DNA of 63,752 nucleotides, counting the filler, from an uncultured Methanosarcinales archaeon (GTDB lineage Archaea > Nanobdellota > Nanobdellia > Woesearchaeales > CAYMBN01): NCBI GenBank assembly GCA_964388715.1. It is 6 parts of 4 records of this genome, joined end to end, with 100 filler letters (N's around TTAATTAATTAA, not from the genome) between each part and the next. Parts side by side here need not be neighbours in the genome. Positions count along the whole stretch, not along the records: positions 51,375 to 61,919 come from CAYMBN010000005.1; 5 more parts are not named here. One strand, written 5' to 3'. How positions within the stretch are numbered: position 1 is the stretch's first letter; each line of letters starts with the position of its first letter. The translations under genes and the position numbers were made by a program. Positions 52,873-61,871 of the stretch are shown here, one piece after another. The notes under the pieces were generated by a model. The model ran no database searches. It was given only the letters and a program-made list of their open reading frames with translations, and was not told the origin of the DNA.

Positions 52873-54629
52873 GATATGACGAAGCAAAGTTTAATCTTGC
52901 AGTAGACAGATATCATAGAAAATTAAAGATTACAAAAGGTAAAAACATAGCAATCACTTTAAATCTAAAAGATAAATCTGCCTTTTTTTCTCTTGCGCCT
53001 TTAACAAAAGCAGCTCATTTATGTAAAAAGAGTGTTTTTATTTCAGTAGGAAGAAACTTTTGTGAACTTTTTAATGATTTGTGGTGCGTACACTGTGATG
53101 ATGACCAAAATATTGGAAGTGATAAGATAGATGCATTAGCTGATTTTATTGAAATTGTTGATGAAAAGGCTGAAGGAAAGTTTGAAAAATTATTTCACAG
53201 ACCTGAAATAATGTTAGAAGCTGGAAAAAATGGTTTCAAAGGTACAATTAATTTAGAATATAAGCACCAATGGTTCAAACCTTATAAAAGTAAAAAATTA
53301 TCAGAAACCTGTAAAAATATTCTTAAGAATTGCTATGCTTTGAAAAAAAATGAAACAATGGCAATATACTTTATAACAATGCCTAAAGAAACAAAAGAAC
53401 ATCCTCTTGAAGATTATCTTGACTCTTATGCAATATCATGGAATATGATGTCAGCTGCCAAGAAAATAGGAAATGTTGTGATGCTTTCTTATACAAAAAG
53501 AGATTCAATGCTTGACCCAATGGATAAAATAAGTGATCTTAGGTTAACTTTACTTGGATGCGATATTTGTAAAAACTCTAATGAACAAGTATTTAAGTTA
53601 TATAAACGCCTTAAAAAAATTTTAGGAATTAAAGATATTGAAATTTTTGATGCTGTATTTGCAACTAAAGGTAAAGGATATCCAGGAAAACATTTATTTG
53701 GAGAATTAATTGGTTATCCTTCATTAAATAAAAAAACAAGATGGTCAAATCCAAGTTCAATGTTATATAGATTTGATTGGTTACCACAAACTAAAATTGA
53801 CAAACGTGAACCACAAACAAGGTTAGGTATAACAGATACACTTCCAATTGATATTTTTATTGAATCATGTAATGTTAATTATAACAAATTAAGGAGGAGA
53901 AATCAACAAATTAAGGAATTGCTTGATAAAAGTGATTATATTAGGGTTATTGGTGAAGAAACTAATGGATTTAAAACTGATTTTAAGGTTTTCCTAAAAA
54001 AAGGTAAAAAAAGAAGAACAGTTAAAAGAAGTGATTCTGATGTTAGATTTAAAATAAATCCTGAATTCTACAAACAAACCAAAGTAAAAGCAGGTATGTT
54101 TGCAAACCATCCTGGTGGTGAAGCATTTGTAACACCTGAAAAATTAATTGGAAGGTTTATTGCTGATGTTGTAATTAATATTGATCAAAGTTATAGATTG
54201 AATCCAAGAAACCCTTTGATTATTGATAATAATAATAATAATAAAGAATATAAAATTGTCAAAGGGTCTAAAAATATTACTAAAAAACTAAAAGAAAGAA
54301 AAGATCAAGCATGGGAACGTTTAATGCAACAAGCTAGAAATAAAAGTTTACCCCAAGATATAATATCTCTTAAAATGAAAAATTTTAATAATATAGGTGA
54401 ATTTGCTATTAATACTAATCCTAAAGCAAGGTTATGTGATTATCTTATTGTGAATGAAAAAATAGTCAACATGTTACATATTGCACTTGGATCTGGTTAT
54501 GAAGCAGATAGGGAAACAGAGTACCATATGGATATGGTGATCGATTCTCCACGACAAAAACTAGACATTTATGGTGTTAAAGGTAAAAAAAAGATTTGGA
54601 TAATTAAAAAAGGTGAGTTTGTTGTCTGA
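52869..54629 (+). CDS. M29-like (thermophilic metalloprotease) aminopeptidase
   Basis: NHPGGEAF, IGEFAINTN, NEKI..HIALG and HMDMV motifs. Confidence 0.78.
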   Translation: MRYDEAKFNLAVDRYHRKLKITKGKNIAITLNLKDKSAFFSLAPLTKAAHLCKKSVFISVGRNFCELFNDLWCVHCDDDQNIGSDKIDALADFIEIVDEKAEGKFEKLFHRPEIMLEAGKNGFKGTINLEYKHQWFKPYKSKKLSETCKNILKNCYALKKNETMAIYFITMPKETKEHPLEDYLDSYAISWNMMSAAKKIGNVVMLSYTKRDSMLDPMDKISDLRLTLLGCDICKNSNEQVFKLYKRLKKILGIKDIEIFDAVFATKGKGYPGKHLFGELIGYPSLNKKTRWSNPSSMLYRFDWLPQTKIDKREPQTRLGITDTLPIDIFIESCNVNYNKLRRRNQQIKELLDKSDYIRVIGEETNGFKTDFKVFLKKGKKRRTVKRSDSDVRFKINPEFYKQTKVKAGMFANHPGGEAFVTPEKLIGRFIADVVINIDQSYRLNPRNPLIIDNNNNNKEYKIVKGSKNITKKLKERKDQAWERLMQQARNKSLPQDIISLKMKNFNNIGEFAINTNPKARLCDYLIVNEKIVNMLHIALGSGYEADRETEYHMDMVIDSPRQKLDIYGVKGKKKIWIIKKGEFVV

Positions 54630-55737
54630 ATTAAGTTTGTTAAAAAAATTAATTAAAGAGAATACTTCTAATCCTCCAGGTAATGAGTACAGAGTAGCCA
54701 AAATAATCACACATTTTTTCAAGAAAAATAACATTAAGTATAAAGTTTTTTCTAAAAACAAAAAAAGACCCAACATTGTAAGTTATATTGGAAAAGGAAA
54801 ACCAAGATTATTAATTCCTGCACATATGGATGTAGTACCTGCTGGTGATGGATGGAAAACAAACCCTTTCAAAGCTACTATCAAAGGAGACAAAGTATAT
54901 GGAAGAGGAAGTACAGATAATAAAGGGCAACTAGCATCTATACTTTACGCTGCAAAAGAATTAAAAAAATATGAAAAACAATTAAATGGCACTGTAATGA
55001 TAGCTGCTGTTAGTGATGAAGAAACAAGTTCTAAATATGGCATGAAACATCTTATTAACAAAAAATTAATCAAACCAGATTATGCAATCATCCCAGATAC
55101 AGGAGGATATTGTATTGAGATTGACATTGCTGAAAAAGGAGGATTATTCTTTGATATTGAATTTTTTGGTAAACAAGCACATGGATCACGACCTTGGACA
55201 GGGATAAATGCAATTGAACAGTGTGCTGAATTTATTACTAAACTAAAAAAACATAAATTTAAGTATAAAAAACATAAATTATTAAGTCCTCCAACAGTAA
55301 ATATTGGAAAGATACAAGGTGGTGCAAAACACAATATTGTTGCAGGCAAGTGTAAAGTTGGGATAGATATAAGATATTTGCCAGGAATGACCCAAAAAAA
55401 CATATTAACAGAAATTAAAAAGTTATTAAAAAATTATAAATATAAAATAATTATCTTAACAAACCATAAACCTACACAAGTTTCTCCAAATAATATAATT
55501 GTTAAGATTATAAAACATCAAGTTAAAAAAATACTAAAAAAACAAGCAAAGATAATTGGATTAGAAGGGGCAACTGTTTGTAAACAATTAATTGAAAAAG
55601 GAATTCCAGCAATAGGTTACAGTTCTGGTGATGGAAATTTAGCACATAGTTCCAATGAACATATTAAAATAAAAGAATTAAAACAATTCAAAAGAATTAT
55701 TATTGGTATTTGCTTAGAACTTATGGGGGTGAAATAA
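54613..55737 (+). CDS. M20 ArgE/DapE-family metallopeptidase
   Basis: HMDVVP, GRGSTDNKG, DEE, AHGS and AHSSNE motifs. Confidence 0.92.
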   Translation: MSLLSELSLLKKLIKENTSNPPGNEYRVAKIITHFFKKNNIKYKVFSKNKKRPNIVSYIGKGKPRLLIPAHMDVVPAGDGWKTNPFKATIKGDKVYGRGSTDNKGQLASILYAAKELKKYEKQLNGTVMIAAVSDEETSSKYGMKHLINKKLIKPDYAIIPDTGGYCIEIDIAEKGGLFFDIEFFGKQAHGSRPWTGINAIEQCAEFITKLKKHKFKYKKHKLLSPPTVNIGKIQGGAKHNIVAGKCKVGIDIRYLPGMTQKNILTEIKKLLKNYKYKIIILTNHKPTQVSPNNIIVKIIKHQVKKILKKQAKIIGLEGATVCKQLIEKGIPAIGYSSGDGNLAHSSNEHIKIKELKQFKRIIIGICLELMGVK

Positions 55738-56010
55738 ATGTCAGAACAAAGAGAAGCTTTAATGAGAATTCCTGTAGCAATTGTAACTGGAATAATACTA
55801 AGTTTTTGGTTAGCACTAATAAAAGTTTTAGCATTAGTAAATCTTTTAATTACACTATTTACAGGTAAAAGAAATACTGACCTTGCAGAATTTTGTGAAA
55901 TATTTAACACACAAGCATACATGTTTATGAGATACATAACATTTATGTCAAATAGCAGACCATTTCCTTTTAATAAACTACAAAAGAATTTGTTTAGTTT
56001 TTCAAGGTGA
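55738..56010 (+). CDS. DUF4389-like small membrane protein
   Basis: LMRIP..LFTGKR..YITFMSNSRPFPF. Confidence 0.75.
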   Translation: MSEQREALMRIPVAIVTGIILSFWLALIKVLALVNLLITLFTGKRNTDLAEFCEIFNTQAYMFMRYITFMSNSRPFPFNKLQKNLFSFSR

Positions 56011-56084
56011 ATTTTTTGTTTTTTTTTTAGATTTTTCTAAAACTTTATAAACAAATAAGGAAATTACACATTTAGGATAAATCC

Positions 56085-56178
56085 TTTTGAAGTGCAACAG
56101 TGCGATGATCCTGGTGAACACCATCTGACGCAAGGATGATGAACGGAAGTAACTTGGTAGTGCTGCATTGATTCAAAA
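56085..56178 (+). ncRNA. Candidate C/D-box small RNA
   Basis: TATA at 56044-56051; terminal stem TTTTGAA/TTCAAAA; C-like GCGATGA 56102, D' CTGA 56125, C' ATGATGA 56136, D-like TTGA 56168; locally GC-rich. Confidence 0.55.
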
Positions 56179-56207
56179 AATAATTAGAATTTAAGAAAAT
56201 ATTCTTA

Positions 56208-57347
56208 CTAACCAAACATCCCCATATAATCCTTTCCTTCCCTTTCTTCAGATTTTTTAACTTTCTTAATTCCTTCTAAAATATCATTCTTTTTTATAAT
56301 GTGCCTACTGGATCTTATTGCAAAGTAACCTGCTTCTGTACAAACAGCTTTTATTTCTGCTCCTGAAAAACCTTCCATTTTTTTGATTATATCCTTTGTA
56401 CTCAATCCTTTTTCAAGTTTCATATTTCTTGTATGTATTTTAAATATAGCTTTTCTCGCGTCTTTATCAGGGTTAGGAACAAATATTAATCTATCAAGTC
56501 TACCAGGTCTAAGGATTGCAGGATCAAGTATATCTTTTCTATTAGTACAACCAATTACTTTTACATCACCAAGTGGTTTAAAACCATCAAGTTCTGCTAA
56601 AAATTGCATAAATGTACGCTGTACTTCTCTTTCTCCAGAAGTACCTATTTCTATTCTCTTTGCAGCTAAAGCATCCAGTTCATCGATAAATACCACAGCA
56701 GGTGCTTTTTCTCTTGCAAGATTAAATACTTCTTTAACAAGCTTTGCACCCTCTCCAATAAATTTTTGTACAAGTTCAGAAGCAACAATTTCTATAAATG
56801 TTGATTTTGTTGCAGCTGCAACAGCCTTTGCTAATAATGTTTTACCAGTACCTGGCGGTCCATATAATAAAATACCTTTTGGTGGCTGTATCCCAACTTT
56901 TCTAAATAATTCAGGTTTCTTTAATGGTAATTCTACTACTTCGTGTATTTCATTTATTTGTTCTGTTAAACCTCCTATATCTTTCCAAGAAACAGTTGGT
57001 TTTTCCATTATAACAAAATTTTGAACATTAAATTTTTTAGTAGCATTTACCTTTTTTATAATATTAAGATTTTTTTGTTCAACCAAAACAGAATCTCCTG
57101 ATCTTAATTTGCCAGAATCATCTGACTTATTTACAAGAAACATATTACCATTAGGAATCCTTATCATAACTTGATTTCCTATCAATTCCCTTACTTCACA
57201 TACCATTAAAGGAACTTGTTTTATACGATTAAGTTCTTGTTTAAGATTATCAATTGTAGTCCTAAGAAGCCTATTTTCCTCTTCTAAACCAGAACTATCA
57301 GCAGTATAAGAATACATTATTTTATTTAATTCATCTTTGGTAGTCAT
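56208..57347 (-). CDS. pan: Proteasome-activating nucleotidase
   Basis: Coiled coil plus OB domain; GPPGTGKTLLAKA, FIDELD and LRPGRLDR motifs. Confidence 0.92.
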   Translation of the reverse strand: MTTKDELNKIMYSYTADSSGLEEENRLLRTTIDNLKQELNRIKQVPLMVCEVRELIGNQVMIRIPNGNMFLVNKSDDSGKLRSGDSVLVEQKNLNIIKKVNATKKFNVQNFVIMEKPTVSWKDIGGLTEQINEIHEVVELPLKKPELFRKVGIQPPKGILLYGPPGTGKTLLAKAVAAATKSTFIEIVASELVQKFIGEGAKLVKEVFNLAREKAPAVVFIDELDALAAKRIEIGTSGEREVQRTFMQFLAELDGFKPLGDVKVIGCTNRKDILDPAILRPGRLDRLIFVPNPDKDARKAIFKIHTRNMKLEKGLSTKDIIKKMEGFSGAEIKAVCTEAGYFAIRSSRHIIKKNDILEGIKKVKKSEEREGKDYMGMFG

Positions 57348-57373
57348 ATATATTAAATAACATATTTTATTTA

Positions 57374-57490
57374 AAAACTTTTTGAAAAAGTTAAGCTTTT
57401 TCCAAACGGTTTAGAACAATGGTTCTAAAACTTTTTGAAAAACCAGAGGTTTTTCTAAATGATTTAGGATAATAATCCTAAAACCTTTTG
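57374..57490. repeat. 53-bp tandem repeat of double hairpins
   Basis: AAAAC(T/C)TTTT at 57374, 57427 and 57480; each full unit has two palindromes. Confidence 0.75.
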
Positions 57491-57535
57491 TTTTACACAA
57501 ATTTTATAAATAGTTTATTGATCTTATAATATAAA

Positions 57536-58630
57536 ATGGCAATATCAACAATGCAAAAATTTCAATTAAAGAAGTTTATCAAAGAATTAGCTAGTTATAA
57601 GGCTAGACACACTGAATTTGTTACTGTTTATGTACCACAAGGTTATGAATTAGTTAAAATCCTTCAGCATTTAAATCAAGAACAAGGAACTGCAACAAAC
57701 ATTAAATCGACCTCAACAAGAAAAAATGTAATTGCAGCCTTAGAAAAGATGATTCAACATTTAAAAATTTACAAGAAAACACCACCTAATGGTTTAGCTG
57801 TTTTTTCAGGCAATGTAGCTGAAAGAGAAGGTCAACAAGATGTCCAAGTTTGGAGTATTGAACCTCCTGTACCACTAAAAACACGAATTTATAGATGTGA
57901 TAAAAATTTTCAACTTGATTTATTAATTGATATGCTTGAAGTTAAAGAGTGTTATGGTTTAATTGTTGTTGATAAAAGAGATGCAAATATTGCATTACTA
58001 AAAGGTAAAGCAATAATACCCTTATCAAAAACACATTCAGAAGTACCTGGTAAAATGAGGGCAGGTGGACAATCAGCACAACGTTTCGCAAGAAATAGGG
58101 AACTAGCTGCAAAAGCACATTTTAAAAAAGTTGCTGAATATGTTAAAAATGAATTTCTTGGAAATAAAAATTTAAAGGGAATTATTGTAGGTGGACCAGG
58201 TCCAACCAAACATGAATTTGTTGAAGGTGATTTTATTACAAATGAAGTTAAAAAAAAGATTATTGCTATTAAAGATTTAAGTTATACTGGAGAGTTTGGA
58301 TTACAAGAATTACTTGATAAAAGTCAAGATGTTCTAGCACAAGAAGAAGTTGCTGGTGAAAAAAAAATAATGAATCAATTTTTGAATTTACTTTCAAAGA
58401 AACCTGGAAAAGTTACTTATGGTGAAAAAGAAGTTATGGAAAAATTAAAGATGGGTGCTGTTGAAATTTTATTATTAAGTGAGTCACTTGATGAAAAAAC
58501 TATTGAAAATTTTGAGGAAAAGGCAAAGGAATTTAGTTCAATTGTAAAAATTATTTCAATTGAAACAAGAGAAGGAGTTCAATTAAAAGAGATTGGTAAG
58601 ATAGCTGCTATTCTACGTTATGAGGCATAA
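57536..58630 (+). CDS. prf1: Peptide chain release factor aRF1
   Basis: NIKS, YRCD and GGQS motifs. Confidence 0.96.
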   Translation: MAISTMQKFQLKKFIKELASYKARHTEFVTVYVPQGYELVKILQHLNQEQGTATNIKSTSTRKNVIAALEKMIQHLKIYKKTPPNGLAVFSGNVAEREGQQDVQVWSIEPPVPLKTRIYRCDKNFQLDLLIDMLEVKECYGLIVVDKRDANIALLKGKAIIPLSKTHSEVPGKMRAGGQSAQRFARNRELAAKAHFKKVAEYVKNEFLGNKNLKGIIVGGPGPTKHEFVEGDFITNEVKKKIIAIKDLSYTGEFGLQELLDKSQDVLAQEEVAGEKKIMNQFLNLLSKKPGKVTYGEKEVMEKLKMGAVEILLLSESLDEKTIENFEEKAKEFSSIVKIISIETREGVQLKEIGKIAAILRYEA

Positions 58631-58632
58631 TA

Positions 58633-59310
58633 ATGAGTAAGTTAGTTGAAAAAGCTTATTTAGCTTTATTTCCTGGTCAACAAGAAAAATATAACTTTTC
58701 TTTAAAATATAGTGGAAAATTTAAGGATTATAATGCAAATATTAAAAAAATACATAAAAATATTGAGGTTTGTCTTAGTAAAAAATGGAGGGGAGTAAAT
58801 AAAGAAATAATTATTGGACTTATACAAAATTTGTTATTAAAAATACTAAAACAAACCAAAGAAACAATTAATATTGATTTATATAATTCTTTTATAAAAA
58901 AATTACATATAGCAATTCCTAAAGAAAGAATTGATGCAACTTTACTAAGATCATTCACAAGAGTTAATGAAAAATATTTTTATAATATAATTGAAGTGCC
59001 TAATTTGATTTGGGGGAATTATTCTAAAAGAAAGTTAGGTAGTTATGATTTTCATACGGATACAATTAGTATAAGTAAATATTTTCAACATACAGAACTG
59101 GAATTACTTGATTATGTAATGTATCATGAATTGTTGCATAAAAAATATAAGTTTGAAAATAAAAAAGGTAAAAATTATTTTCATCATAGTAAGTTTAAGA
59201 AAGCTGAGAAAGAGTTTGAGAATAGTGAAGTGATTGAGAATAAGTTAAAATATATTGGAAGGAGAAATGTGAGAAAGAAGAAAGTTAATTTCTTGAGTAA
59301 GTGGTTTTGA
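58633..59310 (+). CDS. SprT-like zinc metalloprotease
   Basis: LGSY, YVMYHELLH and HSKF motifs. Confidence 0.8.
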   Translation: MSKLVEKAYLALFPGQQEKYNFSLKYSGKFKDYNANIKKIHKNIEVCLSKKWRGVNKEIIIGLIQNLLLKILKQTKETINIDLYNSFIKKLHIAIPKERIDATLLRSFTRVNEKYFYNIIEVPNLIWGNYSKRKLGSYDFHTDTISISKYFQHTELELLDYVMYHELLHKKYKFENKKGKNYFHHSKFKKAEKEFENSEVIENKLKYIGRRNVRKKKVNFLSKWF

Positions 59311-59381
59311 GTTTTAGTAACCTTTTTGAGGAACAAAACCTTTATATATTATAAATATTTTATCAAAAACAGGTGATTGTC

Positions 59382-59591
59382 ATGGCTTCAAAAAAATTAT
59401 TACCTTTAGCTGCAATGGAAAGAATTTTAAAATTAGCAGGTGCTGATAGAGTTTCTGATAAAGCAAAAGAAACTTTGAAGAATGTTTTAGAAGAAATTGG
59501 TGAAGATATTTCTACTCAAGCTGTTAAATTGGCACATCATGCAGGTAGAAAGACTGTTAAATCAGAAGATATTAAACTGGCTGCTAGGTGA
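59382..59591 (+). CDS. Archaeal histone
   Basis: [37 protein letters not shown]. Confidence 0.95.
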   Translation: MASKKLLPLAAMERILKLAGADRVSDKAKETLKNVLEEIGEDISTQAVKLAHHAGRKTVKSEDIKLAAR

Positions 59592-59600
59592 AGTGATTTT

Positions 59601-60386
59601 TTATATTAATTTTGAAAGGTTTTTTATATCTTTATTTGCAACATGTGTGTAAATTTGGGTTGTTCTTAGGTTTTTGTGGCCAAGAAGTTTTTGTATATGT
59701 CTTATGTCTGCACCTGCTTCAAGCAGATGAGTTGCAAATGAATGTCTTAAAGTATGTGGAGTAACTTTTTTTTCTATTCCTGCTTTTTTAGCAGTATTTT
59801 TAACAATACTTTGTATTGTACGTTTATTATATTTTTTTGAAAAATTTGAAACAAAAATTAATCCTTGTTTTTTAGGTTTTAATATATTGATAAAATCTTT
59901 TAATCTTGAATGAAGAAACAGGACTCGATCTCTACTACCTTTTGTAACCTTAAGATGTATAATCTCTCTTTCAAAATCAATATCTTGCCATTTTAGGTTG
60001 ATTAGTTCATTAAGTCTTATGCCAGTGTAATAAAGGAACATAATAATCAACCTATGTTTTAGATTGTTTACAGACTCAAACATTCTGTTGATTTCTTCTC
60101 TACTTAATACAATAGGAAGTTTTTCATTGTTTTTTGCTAGAGGAATTTCTTGATTAAAATTTTGTTTAAGAACTTTTTCATGAAAAAATTTTAATGCAAA
60201 ATAAACAGAGCGCATACTTGACCTGCTTTTATTAGTATAACTTAAAAGAAACTCTCTAGGACTTTTTTTTAATACTAAGTATTTTTTTATTACACTAATA
60301 TATGCTTTTTTAGTTTGTTTAGAATATCTTCTTAAATTAAGTTCTTCAGACAATTTTTTAAGATACAACTTGTTTTCTTCTTCCAT
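59601..60386 (-). CDS. Tyrosine recombinase (Xer/IntI-like, lacking the IntI insertion)
   Basis: [21 protein letters not shown] and TTQIY catalytic set; IntI-like RRYSxxTxxAY and LPIVLS; only 56 aa between KGSRDR and HTLRH. Confidence 0.93.
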   Translation of the reverse strand: MEEENKLYLKKLSEELNLRRYSKQTKKAYISVIKKYLVLKKSPREFLLSYTNKSRSSMRSVYFALKFFHEKVLKQNFNQEIPLAKNNEKLPIVLSREEINRMFESVNNLKHRLIIMFLYYTGIRLNELINLKWQDIDFEREIIHLKVTKGSRDRVLFLHSRLKDFINILKPKKQGLIFVSNFSKKYNKRTIQSIVKNTAKKAGIEKKVTPHTLRHSFATHLLEAGADIRHIQKLLGHKNLRTTQIYTHVANKDIKNLSKLI

Positions 60387-60441
60387 ACATAAATAAAATA
60401 ACTTAAAATATATAAAAATTTCGCTTTTACTCCATCTTTAC

Positions 60442-60484
60442 CTTATTAAACGACAATTAAAACTGCGTTTAATAAGTGTTAAGT
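60442..60484 (+). other. attI-like primary recombination site
   Basis: CTTATTAAACG/CGTTTAATAAG palindrome followed directly by GTTAAGT core, just upstream of the integrase start. Confidence 0.6.
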
Positions 60485-61027
60485 TTAATTGCTGGGCTTT
60501 AACGGTTTTTTGCTTTAAATGAAACTAAAGTAATCGATAAATTTATATAAGATATGATATTAAATCTTTATTATGAACTGGAAGGAATTTTTCAACAAAG
60601 TGTATTTTATCCTATTAGCAGTTGTATTAGTTGTATCATTAATTTATAATTATACAACCGCACATATCTGTACAACAGGAAAAGGATGTGGACCTGATTG
60701 GACTATCATACCAATTCTTACTCTGGGTCATTTAATAGTATTTACTATTATTTATGGAATTATATTTTTTATCATTAGAAAATCTAAAAAATAAACTTCT
60801 TCTTTTTCTTAATGAGCAAAAAACCTAGCCCAGCAACTTCTCCGCTCCTCACTCATTTCATGAGTTGCGGTGCTCGACCACGTTGCACTCTCCTCGCTCC
60901 GCTCGTCGGGAAACTTAACAGCATTTAAATGGCTCGAGCCTTGCAGGCTCTCGACCCAAATTTTCTCCGCTCGGTTTTGTGGGTTGCCTCAAAACCTTCG
61001 CTCCGAAAACTTCATTTAAATGCCGTG
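60479..61027 (+). mobile_element. Gene cassette 1
   Basis: Starts (G)TTAAGTTT, exact complement of its own AAACTTAAC at 60911; one ORF plus an attC-like site. Confidence 0.75.
60573..60794 (+). CDS. Cassette-borne small two-TM membrane protein
   Basis: 73 aa; TATA TTTATATAA at 60542-60550. Confidence 0.75.
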   Translation: MNWKEFFNKVYFILLAVVLVVSLIYNYTTAHICTTGKGCGPDWTIIPILTLGHLIVFTIIYGIIFFIIRKSKK

Positions 61028-61033
61028 TTAAGT
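60913..61033 (+). repeat. attC-like site 1
   Basis: ACTTAAC-A-GCATTTAAATG ... CATTTAAATGC-CGT-GTTAAGT. Confidence 0.8.
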
Positions 61034-61865
61034 TCAATTTTTGACCCGCCTCATACTGAGGTTTTACCGAATTTTATTAAAGTTGTTCACTTTATTTAAA
61101 TAGATTTAAATAGAATTTTTGGTTATTACATAAAAAATAAGTCTTCAGGAGATTCTTCTTCCATTGCAGTTATAAAACCATTAATTAAATTTGAAGCAAC
61201 TGGAACCAATCCTAGAAACTCATAGTGTTTAGGAGATGCAAGACCATGCCAAACCGCACAACCATATGCTACAGCAACTGCTGCTAATGTTAATTTTTCA
61301 GTCACATTTTCCAATTTAGATTTTTCAGGACCATAGTTGCCATATCTTTTTCTCATTGTAGAATCATAATGATATAACATAAGATTGTGTACTCTCATGA
61401 CTCCTTCACTAATTCCTTTTCCTATTCTGCCAACTAATGTTGAACCAGATAAATCAGAATCTTCAATCTTTTCAGATAACTTATAACCCAAATAAGGTAC
61501 AATTTGTGTTGGTAAAGTTACAGGTAAAGTTGGTATGTACAAAAATAACATTTCTCCTATCATATTATAACTGTATTTATTTTATTTGATATAAAAACAT
61601 TTATGTACTGTAATACATAATAGCCAAAAACTACACTCACAACATAAAATTCGGCGGGCCAAAAACTTTGATTTTTTCGGCTTCGCCGACCGTTGCACTA
61701 AAAATCAATCCTTATCAGGAGAACTTAACAGCATTTAAACAGTTTCGTTTTCTTGCAGAAAACTCCACCCAAATTCTACCTACTACAGCACTCCTAGCCT
61801 GCTTCGAGTCTGTGGTCTGCCTCATCCTCGATGTCGCACCCTAAGAACTTTGTTTAAATGCCGTG
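61028..61865 (+). mobile_element. Gene cassette 2 (ORF inverted)
   Basis: Starts (G)TTAAGTTC, exact complement of its own GAACTTAAC at 61721. Confidence 0.75.
61126..61563 (-). CDS. Cassette-borne hypothetical protein
   Basis: 145 aa; minus-strand TATA-like TTTTTATATC about 25 nt upstream (61588-61597). Confidence 0.65.
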   Translation of the reverse strand: MIGEMLFLYIPTLPVTLPTQIVPYLGYKLSEKIEDSDLSGSTLVGRIGKGISEGVMRVHNLMLYHYDSTMRKRYGNYGPEKSKLENVTEKLTLAAVAVAYGCAVWHGLASPKHYEFLGLVPVASNLINGFITAMEEESPEDLFFM

Positions 61866-61871
61866 TTAGTC
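61723..61871 (+). repeat. attC-like site 2
   Basis: ACTTAAC-A-GCATTTAAACA ... TGTTTAAATGC-CGT-GTTAGTC. Confidence 0.8.

Noticed and set aside
54225..54243. (AAT)n microsatellite in the M29-like gene
   Set aside because: Short in-frame Asn run in AT-rich DNA; no evidence of phase variation.
56110..56130. Minus-strand GATGGTGTTCACC resembling a fluoride riboswitch
   Set aside because: The P1 partner and downstream pseudoknot strand are missing, and no suitable gene lies downstream on that strand.
56383..57024. 213-aa plus-strand ORF and the many other short antisense ORFs in the track
   Set aside because: Shadow frames of well-supported genes (here pan) with no motifs.
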